A DNA stretch of 61,470 bases, counting the filler, from Choristocarpus tenellus KU-1152 (taxonomy: Eukaryota; Protista; Phaeophyceae): the NCBI GenBank assembly GCA_964200185.2. It is 12 parts of 12 records of this genome, joined end to end, with 100 filler letters (N's around TTAATTAATTAA, not from the genome) between each part and the next. Parts side by side here need not be neighbours in the genome. Positions count along the whole stretch, not along the records: positions 1 to 3,141 come from CAXNAD020022026.1; positions 3,242 to 9,891 come from CAXNAD020007661.1; positions 9,992 to 13,809 come from CAXNAD020017757.1; 9 more parts are not named here. The stretch is one strand, 5' to 3'. The notes under the pieces are model-generated. The model ran no database searches, had not been told where the DNA came from, and saw nothing but the letters and a program-made list of their open reading frames with translations. Shown piece by piece: positions 1 to 12,019 of this stretch. Position 1 is the stretch's first letter. Every line of letters starts with the position of its first letter. Position numbers and translations under genes: made by a program.

Positions 1-185
1 GGGGGGTGCGATTCCCTCTTTCTGTTTTTTGTTTTAGGGGTACAATGGGGCAGTGACGAGGACAATCACCCAAATCTCAGTCTCTTGGAAGGCATTGCCA
101 TGATTACTCCCTTGCCACAAATGTATTTGTTTCGTTGTTGTGTAACAGTTTATTATTTTAAAATGAACTGAAAAACGAGACTCAC

Positions 186-2480
186 CTTCATTGGTATAGA
201 TAGAATTGTCACCAGAGCTCTATTCGTGATGTTACTGCATGTGTATCCCTTGACAAATACAGGTGTACCTCAACATTGTGGGAGGATTGAAGGTGCACGA
301 AACTGCCACCGATCTCGCAATTGCCATGGCCATCGTCAGTAGCTATACTGCCATCCCAGTTCGATCGGTAAGCTACCATTGTGTTTGTCACGAAATTCGT
401 GGGAAAGAGTGAAACAATCTCAAGGTGGGGATTGATTTTGGCCCTCTTGACTTTCAAGGCCTTTGTTGAACCTTCTGTGATACACAGCATGCCCACGTCT
501 GAAGACAGTCAATCAGAGCCCACTTCAGAGATGGTGGCTGTAGAAGAGAACATGGTAGTGTTGTGGATCGAAAGAATGCATGGTATTGTATTCAATCAGC
601 TCCATTTTTTTCTACTATTTGATTAGAAAACGTAAGGGGTGAGGTACATGAAGTTGACCAATCACCTTACGGAAATATGTACTGCGAGGCAAACAACCCC
701 CCCTGGCTGGTGAGGGGCTATGTCGGAGGTGAAAAAGAAAAATGAAATGCTCTTCGTTTGCGTGCCCTTTCCCCACTACTAGATACACCTTATATATATG
801 TACTCTTTCCATCACTAGATACACTTTGATGTGTTGTGCGAGAGAGTTTTTGTACATGAATGAATGTCTTGGATCTTTTCCAGAAATATAATGGATCGAA
901 GGGTTTTTCTCAAAGGGACCACTATCAAATGAGAAATGATGTATTATTTTTTAACGTTTGGTACACCCACCTTCTATTTTGTGTATGTATGTGCGTGTAT
1001 GTTGGAGCTACACATTAGCATTGTTGCTACAGTCTACAGGTGGTATCGTTTCTATTGCCTTTCTTCACAGCCACCTTTATCCAGGTGTGGGTGAAAGGAC
1101 AAATGACGTATTACAGTTGGTAGTAGTTGGAGACCTGGACTCAACTTTAGAATTAAAAAAAGGGACATTGTGTTTGTGACAGAGGTCAACATAAAGATGT
1201 GAAAGACGCTCATTAGCTGTTAGTTGTTTTCTTGTGGAAGGCTTGACATGCGAGAGGTGACCTCTCCACTTCAGTCCTCCTGCAAGAACTGTCGAGTTCT
1301 GTTTCATATTCCTATACCGAGTGCTTACCTCCCACGCGCATTTCAACATGCTTTTTTGGGTGGCCTTAGCTATTCTTGTGGAGAATGATGGCAGGTTCGA
1401 GGTACAGGAAGGACTCCACCATCAAATAGGTAGACCACCGATGAGTCAGTACATCCTGCATCACTCTGTTGGGTTCGATTCCCAACATTTTCTTCTCATC
1501 TCCCTAAAGCACTCCTTGCGCTGACTAGAATCGGAGTACGCACTAACAACTGCCTGGGTTGATTCATGGTGTCATTTTTCCCATCAGCGTTGAAGGGTGT
1601 ACCTGCCGCACACTCCAAGGTGTGATCTATGCAATGATCGGTCATGATGCGATGATCCTCTTCCTGGTAAGCAACCCATCTTTCACCATTGATGGCTCAC
1701 AGCCTGCCGCACAAGCTTCCATCCTTTCCGCCAAGATCCTCTCCTGTCGTTCAAGTGCTTGATGAATTTTGGAGAGAGAGAGTGATAGTGTCAAGTGCGT
1801 CATCGATGCAAGGCACAGTGAGAGAGTTTTAAAGGTGTGACCGGAGGGGCCTATCCAACCATCAGTAGGGATGGGCACAACATCCTCATCAGCAAGCATT
1901 TCTGTGATCTTGATCTGCAGATGTTCCTTCACCTTCCTCAAGAGTATCGAGGAGTTGACAGCAATCGAGTATATATAGTTACCCTGTCGTTAATGGCACG
2001 TATCATTTTTAATTTAAGCGGACACTTTCCGCGATCTGCCGCTGGGAGATAAAGATTGACGGATGGTTAACGGTTGACGAGGCAATTTAGTCCTTGGTGA
2101 TGTGGCGCCAAAGAGAACGTGGAAAAATAAAACCATTTACGGATGACAACATGCTCAAAGATCGAAGAACAAAGAACAAGGACGGTAATTGGTATACATG
2201 ATGCAAATATAGGTAGAGCAAGATGTGAAAGACTCGGATGTAAGACACATCTCTCCGAAACTAGCTGATCGTCCAATCATTATGAAACGGCAAAGATGAG
2301 TGGTCCCCTCTAGTGCCTTGGCTGAAAAATAAGAGTCCACCTCGTGCTGACCAACTCATGCGAAATTTTCGATCTCGTTCCCGATCCCCTCCAACGCACG
2401 AAATATTTCCGCGTGCCTAGACTTGCAGCTCTGCGGTTGATTTCTAGCGTAGGTTGTCTGTCCGCTTAGGATCTACTCGC
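186..2480 (-). mobile_element. Degenerate hAT-like transposase fragments (probably two decayed copies)
   Basis: Minus-strand peptides resemble hAT motifs: EDVVPIPTDGWIGPSGHTFKTLSL (first catalytic TDxW), LSHLYVDLCHKHNVPF (after the BED finger) and SIATDDGHGNC (second TD). Many stops and frameshifts. Confidence 0.5.
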
Positions 2481-3142
2481 GTGATGTCGACTCTTGAGAA
2501 GTTGCCATTCACACACATTGAGCATACAGCTACATTGGGCATTCTCCCTCGCAATTGTGTACACACTAGATAAGCACCGGATAGCAGACCTTGATTCAAG
2601 GGATTTTGTTTTTCGCCATTCCATGGCGCTGTTTTTTGGGGGGGGATTCGGCTGTCAGGTTAAGCACAAGCCCAGGTTCTCTACGTTTTTGTCTGAATCT
2701 TCTTCACTTTCCTTGCTGTCGTCCTCCACACACGGAAGGGCATATCCGTTAGGTGGATCAGTGTCGACATCAAACTTGTGCAGAAAAACCCATCCACACC
2801 GTCTTCAGAGTACCTAGAACACACTCGCGGCTTACTATTGTGCAGTCCTCCTACTCGTATGATACTCATGTGACTGGTTGCGTTGTTGAATCCTAGCCCT
2901 TCTCTCCTCCAAATAATTTATAGTTGAAGAATATTAAACAATCGAAGAATAATTGTTAGGTCCCAAGAATTATTATTTTGATTAAACTGCTATTTGATAA
3001 AATCAAACAGATTTACTTACACCACTACTGCAGGTTTGAAAGCATATTTGATAGAAAGCACCCTTTCACTGGCCTCGTAACGAATATATGTACCCACAAG
3101 GCAGTAGGGGCTCTTGAAACCCATCAACACCCCCCCACCCCN

Positions 3143-3241
3143 NNNNNNNNNNNNNNNNNNNNNNNNNNNNNNNNNNNNNNNNNNNTTAATTAATTAANNN
3201 NNNNNNNNNNNNNNNNNNNNNNNNNNNNNNNNNNNNNNNNN
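3143..3241. other. Artificial scaffold linker N-TTAATTAATTAA-N (also ~9892, 13810, 17164, 20905, 26917, 30800, 37200, 49336, 52131, 56093)
   Basis: The same ~100-nt N run with a central six-frame-stop 12-mer occurs 11 times. Confidence 0.97.
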
Positions 3242-6200
3242 GGCCCAAATGAAAACCCTGGTGTAGTTCCCCCCCCCCCCCCCCCCAGATACTTTGGGTC
3301 CAATGTATTGTGGGAGGAATTTGTGAAGGTGGGAACGAAGCTTGAGATAGTGGACCTGGTGGAGTGTCCATGCTAAACAGTCATACGACAGGACTCCAAA
3401 TACTTCAGCCCTGAACATTTCAATCTTAAGCTCACGTGATACACCAGTGGTTCTATCACAATGCTCTTGGCTGTACCACTCACGGGCTCAACACCATGGG
3501 TATACCATTTGAGAGTTGTCCATCCTAGAGTTAGAATGGTCCCTATAACCGTCTTGGAATACATGTGTTTTGAGCACTGATTAGGACTCATTTCGGTTGT
3601 TAATATATTCACAGTCTTCCACAGCCAAACCCCTCCTAAAGGGGATTAAACTGCATTTGAGCCAAATCAAATGAGAGGTAGGCAGGTTTGAACCTAATTG
3701 CATTCTAAGTCATCTTTATTTCCCTCTGCAATACATTCTATTTAATTGCTTTGTATGCACAATGGAGTATGCAAATGCACATTCCCCTTTACCACATATA
3801 AGTTCACCACAACTAAGCAAATAGTCTTTTTGAAATTGTACAAAATGACATATTTTTCTCCCTTCTCGGGATCCTTCAAGTACAACCCTGCCTACCTCTC
3901 GAATATCTTGACTCTTTGAGAAATGGGCATGGTTGATATCGCACATTGTTTAAAAAGGTAATGAAACTCGCAAGGAACAAAATCAACCCCCCTCTTAGAT
4001 GGTTGCATTCCTGGTCTGTCGTGTGCCTTTTGGTTGACCTTGTTGATAAGACCAGTGTCATCAATGATGGTGCATCTAATGTAAAACAGAGTTGTCAATA
4101 TATTTATAGGAGTGGCCTGAAGCCTGGATCTGCATAATGATGTCTACAACCTTGTTTGGGGATCAAATGCTCATGACTCCTTTCTTCAACTCAGAGAGAT
4201 TGCCAGCCCGAACGCCCTAGCTACCCTTTACAATCAATTGCTGCCTGTAATCAAACTCGCCAGAATTCCTTGGATCTTGCGCAATAGATACAGTGGCCGT
4301 TTCATCAGTATGGTCATAACCTATTGGCACCACTCAAGTGTAACCCCATTTCCCGTTACTCTTCTTCCTCTGACCTGGTTGCCTCTCGTAGTTCTCTTTA
4401 TGACGATTAATGTCCTTGGAGATGATGGGGCCAGCTTTGAACTCCTTCCCTGTTATTCCGGTTACCACTACAGAGAAGAAGATGTGGAAGAGTTGGTGAG
4501 TGCAAGAACATCATCTCGCTTGACAAAGTTCTTACCTGATGACTTCAAAACCAGTCCACCGCACACCCTCATCACCTATCTCGACGAATAACCACATGTC
4601 TAACATGGAACTGGGAGACGATGTATAATCTTTCCAAACTCGACAAAAACGTACAGACCACAGGAGATCGTGCGATATATGATTTCTTCGTCTCTCTCCG
4701 ATATTGACTGGATTTTTTTTGCGTTCTTCAGTTTATCATTTATCTCATTATTAATACCACTCACTACCATTACTACCATTGGGAACACAAAATCATTAGT
4801 GAGTGAGTCGAAGAACTAGAACCAGACACAATTTTTCTAGGTGTTGTAATACCTTCTTAGAGGGTGGGAGGAGAGGTAAGAACCCTCAATATCGTAACAA
4901 ATCTGGAAACAATAATTTAAGAACTCATTGATGGGTGGTTACACTCCTCTTTGCAAAAACTAGTTAACTTACTGAAGGTCGAAGTTGTATTCAAGACGCA
5001 AGTGTCGCAATACGTCCTAGCAGATCTTGTTCATTCAGATTGTATCAATACCGCATGGAAGACCTTTCCGTTTTGACGCAGGTTTGAGTTGTGGTTGGGG
5101 GACTATTGGCTTGAACATGTCCAATAAGGCCTACTCTTAACGACGAACCTCATAGTGACCACCCCCAGCTTTAACCCGTATTGTGGGAGGGTTTAATTTG
5201 AACGAGTGAATCTATCTTAAGCCCTCCAAAAACGAGTGTACTTTTCATAACTGATAATAGTGCATTTTTTACTGGATGAACCCATCTTGTACATTAATGT
5301 TGTGATGTGAATAGTGTCAAAATCTGTCTGTCTAAAACTACCTCTTCTGTTTTGGAGTAGGGGAAAGCTTTCTTTCTGAATTTCGAATTAATATTATCAA
5401 CAATTTGTAGACATATCTCCACCAACCTGGCAACTGGCATCATCGATCGATGTTAAAATAGAAAATAATTATCTCCTCACATGTCGATATCGCTATCATT
5501 GTTGTAAAGATTTGAGGGATACCTAGGCGTATCCTCTGGACAACCCTTTCTTCGGTAAAAATTCCGATCGAAATGTCTATTTTATGGTTTCAAAGTATTT
5601 ATTTGATAACTTTGAATATATTGTTAGGACTTCGCTTCTATCTCTATGTCTTCTACTACTCTCTCCACATCTTTTTTCGGTGAACGGAACGGAAGATCCC
5701 ATCTAGTCCATCTAGTCATGTGAGGCACTACACATCAAAATATAATAACGATCGATAAATTACTGGTATTTATGAATATATATAGAGTTCCTTGGTTTTT
5801 TCCCCATCACATCTGCAAAATGTAGATGTGAGAGGGCATAATAATATAATAGGGGTATAGTACAAACACATTTTACGTACTTCATACACTATCTACCACA
5901 ACTAACTGTTATTTCAGTATGGTATTAGTTGCATTGTTTCCCCTCTTACCTTCCTTGTCACACGTTGAATTCAGCCATCATCCCACTCGTCACTCCACCT
6001 CCTCTTCTTGTCCCAACCCGGTGTCGGCATCAGTAGCAAATGAAGTCTTTTACTGAGTGGACTTTGGTGTCATTGAATCTGGTTTGCATTAATAGAAGAA
6101 CCGACAAATTCATTCAGAAAGTAGACCCCATCAACCCGTAAACGACACACATTATACCCATTTAGAAACAAAATAAAGTAACGCCCACCAACATACATTT

Positions 6201-7267
6201 ATTCCTTGTATAATCACATGGTTTCAATAAAGGTGGAGAGAGTAGGTGTGAAGTTACAAAACTGAAAGTGCTAGAACCAAGGGGCGGGTGAATGGAGCAG
6301 TATAATTTATTTAGTTGTATTGTGATAGTTAAGCGTATTTACTGTGTAATGTCTGAACTTCAAATGCTTTCACATTTACAACTGTTGCTTTAAAGGGGTT
6401 CCAATGATATTAAATTGACTTTTCCCTTGACACATCTGCAAAAATGTTAAAATATGCTGCCATAGCATTGTGAAGATACATTTAACTATACGCATGTTTG
6501 TTGTAAGGATCTTTCCTTTTCACTTACATTTAGAATACTTGACTATTTACTAAATTTGACTATGGTATTTAACTTCAGAAGTTTAAGGATTCTACATTTT
6601 CCATTTTAAAGATTTTATACAGACAAGTTAATAACACCATTATCCTTTCCATTTCATCCACATTTCCGATCTCTTCAAATTGAGACCTCGCATGAAAGTG
6701 GAATAATAAACGTTTTGGTGAGGAGGTATATAAATCCTTCAAAATATTGTTGTCTATATGTTGTCTATATTACTATATCTTAGACTAAGGGAGGTTCTAC
6801 CGATGGTAGTGTAGATACAACTACACGTACAGTGTATGATCGTTGATCAAAAAAGTTTCAGTAGTATCAATTTTTATTTATGAAGTATATGTAATATGTG
6901 CGGACCCTGAACTGACTTGCAGATTGTGCCAGAAGGAATCAATAATATCATGGAAGAAACTTATCAACGAAGAAACAGGAAAATTGGTCTGTTATGTATT
7001 TCATTTATTTGTTCCCAACAATAATAACGGGTACATAGCAAAATGCCCTGAGACATCAAGGCAACCCTGGGTGGCCCTCAAAGAAAGTAGAACCTTTACC
7101 TTTTCGTGCCAGCACTCTTTAAGCGTCTGGTCTTGCCCACCGCTTGATATGGTTGGCGAGGGGTAAACATTGAGGTCCGACCTGTTTCGTCGCTCCACTC
7201 ACAAGATGTCGTGAGAGGTGAGGAAATGGTGGTGATGGTCGCCTGCAACAATAAGCTTTTCGCTCAG

Positions 7268-9891
7268 AGTCTGGAGTTGTGGAGTCGTGGGGTGGGGCAA
7301 GAGAGCGAGTGTTGTTACAATTGGAGTATGGTCATACTAATGCTAAGGAGTGGAGGGTTCTTCCCCTGAACTCAATGATGCGCATGCCTTGGCCTTATCT
7401 CGAAGACGAGTGCAGGTTGTGAAGCTGCAAGGGAGAGAATACATTGGTAGCACATCACTTCCTACATGATGGAGGCAAAACTTGCACAACTTTCAAGGTG
7501 AGGAACAAAACAACCTGCAATGAAGATATGATCTATTGGTTGGTGCGGAGTGAGGACGATTTGCTAACGTGACGATGTGTGTTCCTCATACGATCGCGAT
7601 CATATGAAATCAACTCAATACGAGAACCCATGACGAAGATGAAGCTATTCTTTGTGTGCTTCCTCTTATTTGTGTTATCAGGTGCGACCATCCAGTGTCT
7701 GTTGCTTGTACAGATTTGATGAATGAGCCGTCGAAAGGTAAAGACACGCCAACTCAACCATTGGGGTGGCGACCGGTCTCAGCTGGCACGCCAGCAACAG
7801 TCACCACCACGCCGCTGTCTATGGTGCACAGAGGAGGTCCTATCAGATTGGCGTGGGCAGGAGTCAAGGCCAGTCATAATCACAAACCGCAAGGAGGGAA
7901 AATTGAAGTTGAAGATAAACGAGGCACAGGCCGCAGCTTCAAACACGGTAGATGGGGGCAAAGGCTGATTTCGGACTCGAGACGTGAAGCGAAGGGCAAT
8001 AATATCCAAGTCAGCAACGCGTCTGAGGATGTGTCTAGCGATGAGGGGGAAGGGAAGATGAAGATAGAGGGACGTAGGCGTAAGTTGGTGAGTCATGTCC
8101 TCCAGTCATGCATGCAAGACCAAAATGGCAGTGATAGTCATAGATCGCCGTTGTATGGGAACAGATTTATCCCGTCAGAAGAAACAGGTGTGGAGCCAGG
8201 GTTGGCTGTGGGACTGAAGGAGGGAGATGGAGGGAAATCAGATAGTCACAGAGGATCCTTGGAGATGGAGATGCAAAATCACGTTGCCACCACCACTGCT
8301 GCAATCTTCCCAAACCCAGATTGTGTAGTGGAGTCAGGGCTGCATAAGCGAGAGGGGGAGGTATGCGTTGGCCGCAAATTGGAATCAAAATCTCTGTCAA
8401 CTGGGGGATCGGAGTCCGGAGGGAAGAGCAAGAGTACTCTCTGTTTGGTAGACTCATCGTGGAGCTTTTATGACCCATCCCTATCCCAAAATACCATCGA
8501 CGGCCATGAAATGGACACCAGCCTTAAGAACGATTTCAATTTTTTTGAGGGTGTTCTGAATCCTCCAGGGGTTGAGAACAGGCGCTGCCATGACGACAGC
8601 AGCAGTAGCAATGACACCATTTATAGGCAAGGCGGGGTAGTGAATGAGATCGAAAACAGTTGGAGGTGGGATGATGGGGAACGAATAGTTGCTAGTACTG
8701 CAAGCAACGTTGCCATTCCAGTCTGGACACCAGGAGAGGCTGAAGGAGGAGGCATGAAGGGGGAGGTGGATAAAACGTCGTTGTCGCAGGCTCCCAGATG
8801 GGACGGAGCAATTTCTTCCTTGTCCAAAAAAACATCGTTGCAAACCTATGGCAACGTTAGGAAGGCGGAGACTTGGAGGCAAAAATACGTTTATGAGGAG
8901 AGAGACGTGGGTAGTGGGCAGGGGATGACAAAGTACATGGGAGTGCAAGGACTGAGTGGGGTGAATATGTTGGAGGTGATGGACGGCGGTACTAGTGACG
9001 AAAAATGTGGTAGTCAAGCTCATTGCAAAATGTCTGACGAGGGTCAAAAATCTAAACTGGATTCTGCAGGAGGGTTAATGACAAACCTAGTGATGGATGT
9101 TACTTCTTCTGTTCAACGGCGGATTGGTGGGTTTGGTGTAAGAGGAGAAGGGGGTGAGGCATCATCCGTGCCAGTACCTTCTCCAGCGACATTTCCTGCT
9201 TGCAAATCCAATGTGAGAGTAGAAGCGGGTATGTTAAGAGAAAATGTCAATAACCCAGGGTTATGCTCTTCCTCTGTTCCTTCTGCGGATGAGTTGGATC
9301 TACCCGGCCCTGCTCTTGCCCAACCTCAACTGGCCTTTGCCCCAGACAAAGTAGTAGTGCCAGATACCAATTCAAAGCCTTGTTCACCACCAAAGGACTC
9401 GGGTCTGAAGAGAATGCGCATTCGATTTCCGAAGTGTGCATCAGCAGGTTCAGGGATAACATTGCTGGGCTCAAAAAAGAAAGTCGGGCAGGGAACCTCA
9501 TGGTCAGTACGTACCAGGGCCAATGCATCTCATGGTGATAGACGTGATGTTGGAAATCAGTTAGACCAAGTGAAAATGGCTGATATGGCATCTAGGCCTC
9601 TTAACCTGGAAGAGCAAAAGATGCAAACAACCAGTGTGGTGTCAGGGCGTGAAGAGGAACGAACGGGTTTCCCGGTGGAGGTGGCGTCTGTAGGGAAAGG
9701 TAAGATTGGGAGGAGCAGGGTAGATACAGGGAGTCGGCAGTGGAAGAAGCCTCTCAAACGTGGCTCCTCATCGATGATGATCTCACTATCAGAATCTGGG
9801 TCATGGTCAGGACCGAGGGGTGGAGGTGGTCGGTGGGGTGGGGGAAAAGGCTGGGGTAGTGGAAAGAATGAGGGGGTGGGGGGGGAGGAGG
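7268..9891 (+). CDS. Partial gene of unknown function: exon ~7268-7415 spliced to a >2.2 kb Ser/Gly-rich low-complexity exon 7682-9891 (runs into the gap)
   Basis: More than 730 open codons. The phase-2 junction GAG TGC AG|GTTGTG...TTATCAG|G TGC GAC reads ECRCDHPVSVAC. Confidence 0.6.
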
Positions 9892-10258
9892 NNNNNNNNN
9901 NNNNNNNNNNNNNNNNNNNNNNNNNNNNNNNNNNNTTAATTAATTAANNNNNNNNNNNNNNNNNNNNNNNNNNNNNNNNNNNNNNNNNNNNGGGGGGGGG
10001 GGGGGAGGGGGGGGGTTTCAGGCAACACCGTCGATAAAACAGTCAAGGATATATTTATTGTACGTATGTGGTTAACCACACATACATACTACATGGTCAC
10101 CCGAATATCAATAAGTTGGTTGACAGGGCACCTAAACGCGGGATAGCTATCTCAACTTAGGTTGAATAGGAGGACACAGAGAGATTTCACAACAGCTGCA
10201 ACCCAACTAGGGAAGGAGTAGAGCGCAACCATCTCACCAATGTCGACAACTCCCTCAC

Positions 10259-11677
10259 CTTTTTGTACATTTTGCGGGTCTCTACTAGTGACACTTCTTT
10301 TTTCTTCGTCTGTCGCTTGATAGGTTCTTGGAGCTCGTGCTGAAAATATATCTTATCGTATAGCGTGCGCTCAACCACACTCTCGGTCGCGTCGTTGAAT
10401 GCTATAAGCGTGGCGGTCCAGTGGGCGAATGGGACAAGGGTTAGGTGGGGAGCGGTCGCGGGACACACGCGGCATGCGGTACTGAGCAACATGTTGCTGT
10501 GGACAGGAAGACCAGTAGGGATAAAAAAGATGAACAACGAAAAGATCCACAATGGGCTGACTGACGATGAACCAAGTAAAGGAAACTCGGCAACAACTTT
10601 GTACATCAGAATAGTCATCAGGAGATCATGGAACAACGAAGACACTCAACTTACTTTGTTGCTTGGTTGATCAGAATGGTCAGGCGATTGTGGAACAACG
10701 TGATGATGATCAACTTACTTTGTTGCTTACTTGATGGTAAAATAGTCATCAGGCGATAATGGATCAACGAAAACTCTCAACTTACTGTGTTGCTTAGTTG
10801 ATGATAACAGTCATCAGGCGATCATGGATCAACGAAAACACTCAACTTACTTTGTTGCTTAGTTGATCAGAATGGTCAGGCGATCATGGAACAACGTGAT
10901 GATTATCAACTTACTTTGTTGCTTACTTGATAGTAATAGTCATCAGGCGATCATGGAACAACGTGATGATTATCAACTTACTTGTTGCTTACTTGATAGT
11001 AATAGTCATCAGGCGATCATGGATCAACGAAAACAATGAACTTACTTTGTTGCTTAGTTGATCAGAACGTTCAGGCGACATGGAACAACGTGATGATTAT
11101 CAACTTACTTTGTTGCTTACTTGATAGTAATAGTCATCAGGTGATCATGGATCAACGAAAACACTCAACTTACTTTGTTGCTTAGTTGATCAGAATGTTC
11201 AGGCGATCATGGAACTACGAAAACAGTCCATCACCCATCGTTTGCAATTAGCCTCTCTTCTGCTTGGTTGAATTCCATGTAGATCCGCATCATGAAAGCG
11301 CGTTCGGGATCAAACTCTCTCTTCAGCACCGTTATTCTATGGTTTCCGTCCAGTGTACATCCTTGAATGGTAAACGCAGTTTTGGCATTGAGCTGGTCCC
11401 CATTACCTAAACAGTCTCGCTGGATTACAACAGATGGAGCAAACTGCTCCAGCCAGCCTTTCTCCTGTTTAGACCTGCTGACGCGCGCAAGGCCACGCTC
11501 GCTCAGGGGACGCACCATCTCCGTGCATGTGATGTTGCCGAGTTTCTTCCGGTACGTGCCAAGATAGTGATGCTCTAGGAGCGAGGACATGCCCTTCAGA
11601 TTGCTGTCCCACGTTCTCGATCCGTGGGCAGCGCCATCGGCGGGCGGGTGGGTTGTTGTTGAGGGAATGCTGGACAT
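10259..11677 (-). CDS. ParB/Sulfiredoxin-like N-terminal domain protein (exon 11677-11235; downstream exon 10401-10259; 3' incomplete)
   Basis: VRPLSERGLARVSRSKQEKGWLEQFAPSVV...LDGNHRITVLK fits the ParB-N pattern R..l..S...G...P.V...DGxHR. The downstream exon FNDATESVVERTLYDKIYFQHELQE...MYKK is bounded by TAG| and |GTGAGG. Confidence 0.6.
10608..11230. repeat. Tandem array of nine 62-69 bp units plus a partial unit, in two variant types
   Basis: Unit TCAGGCGATCATGGA(T/A)CAACG...TCAACTTACTTTGTTGCTTA(G/C)TTGAT... starts at about 10618, 10680, 10749, 10814, 10876, 10943, 11009, 11071, 11137 and 11199. Confidence 0.95.
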
Positions 11678-12019
11678 GGCGAAGATTGGGAGGGTGTGAC
11701 GGGGATGGATAAGTAAGAGGTCCGCGTTGTATGTACGGAAGGGAATGAATTGAAATGAGGACTGAGGGATGGGAGGTGTTGCTTTATTTCATCTGGTCGC
11801 TCGGTCCTCAAAACTCAGATTTATCTTTCTGTAGAGAATTGTTTTTATGAAAAATACGAATATCAAACAGCACACGATTTCATATTGAAATGGGACAGAG
11901 AGCAGCTGTTTTTTTGTGACCTTTTCGTTTCGTACGTTTCAAACGTATTGGATCGATGAAGGATGTGGTTTGTATCTGTATTTGTTGATGTAAAGATTAG
12001 AATATCATTCTAATTTCAT

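Noticed and set aside
10608-11230. CRISPR array
   Set aside because: The segments between conserved cores are short and recur as two variant types rather than unique spacers. There are no cas genes and the context is eukaryotic.
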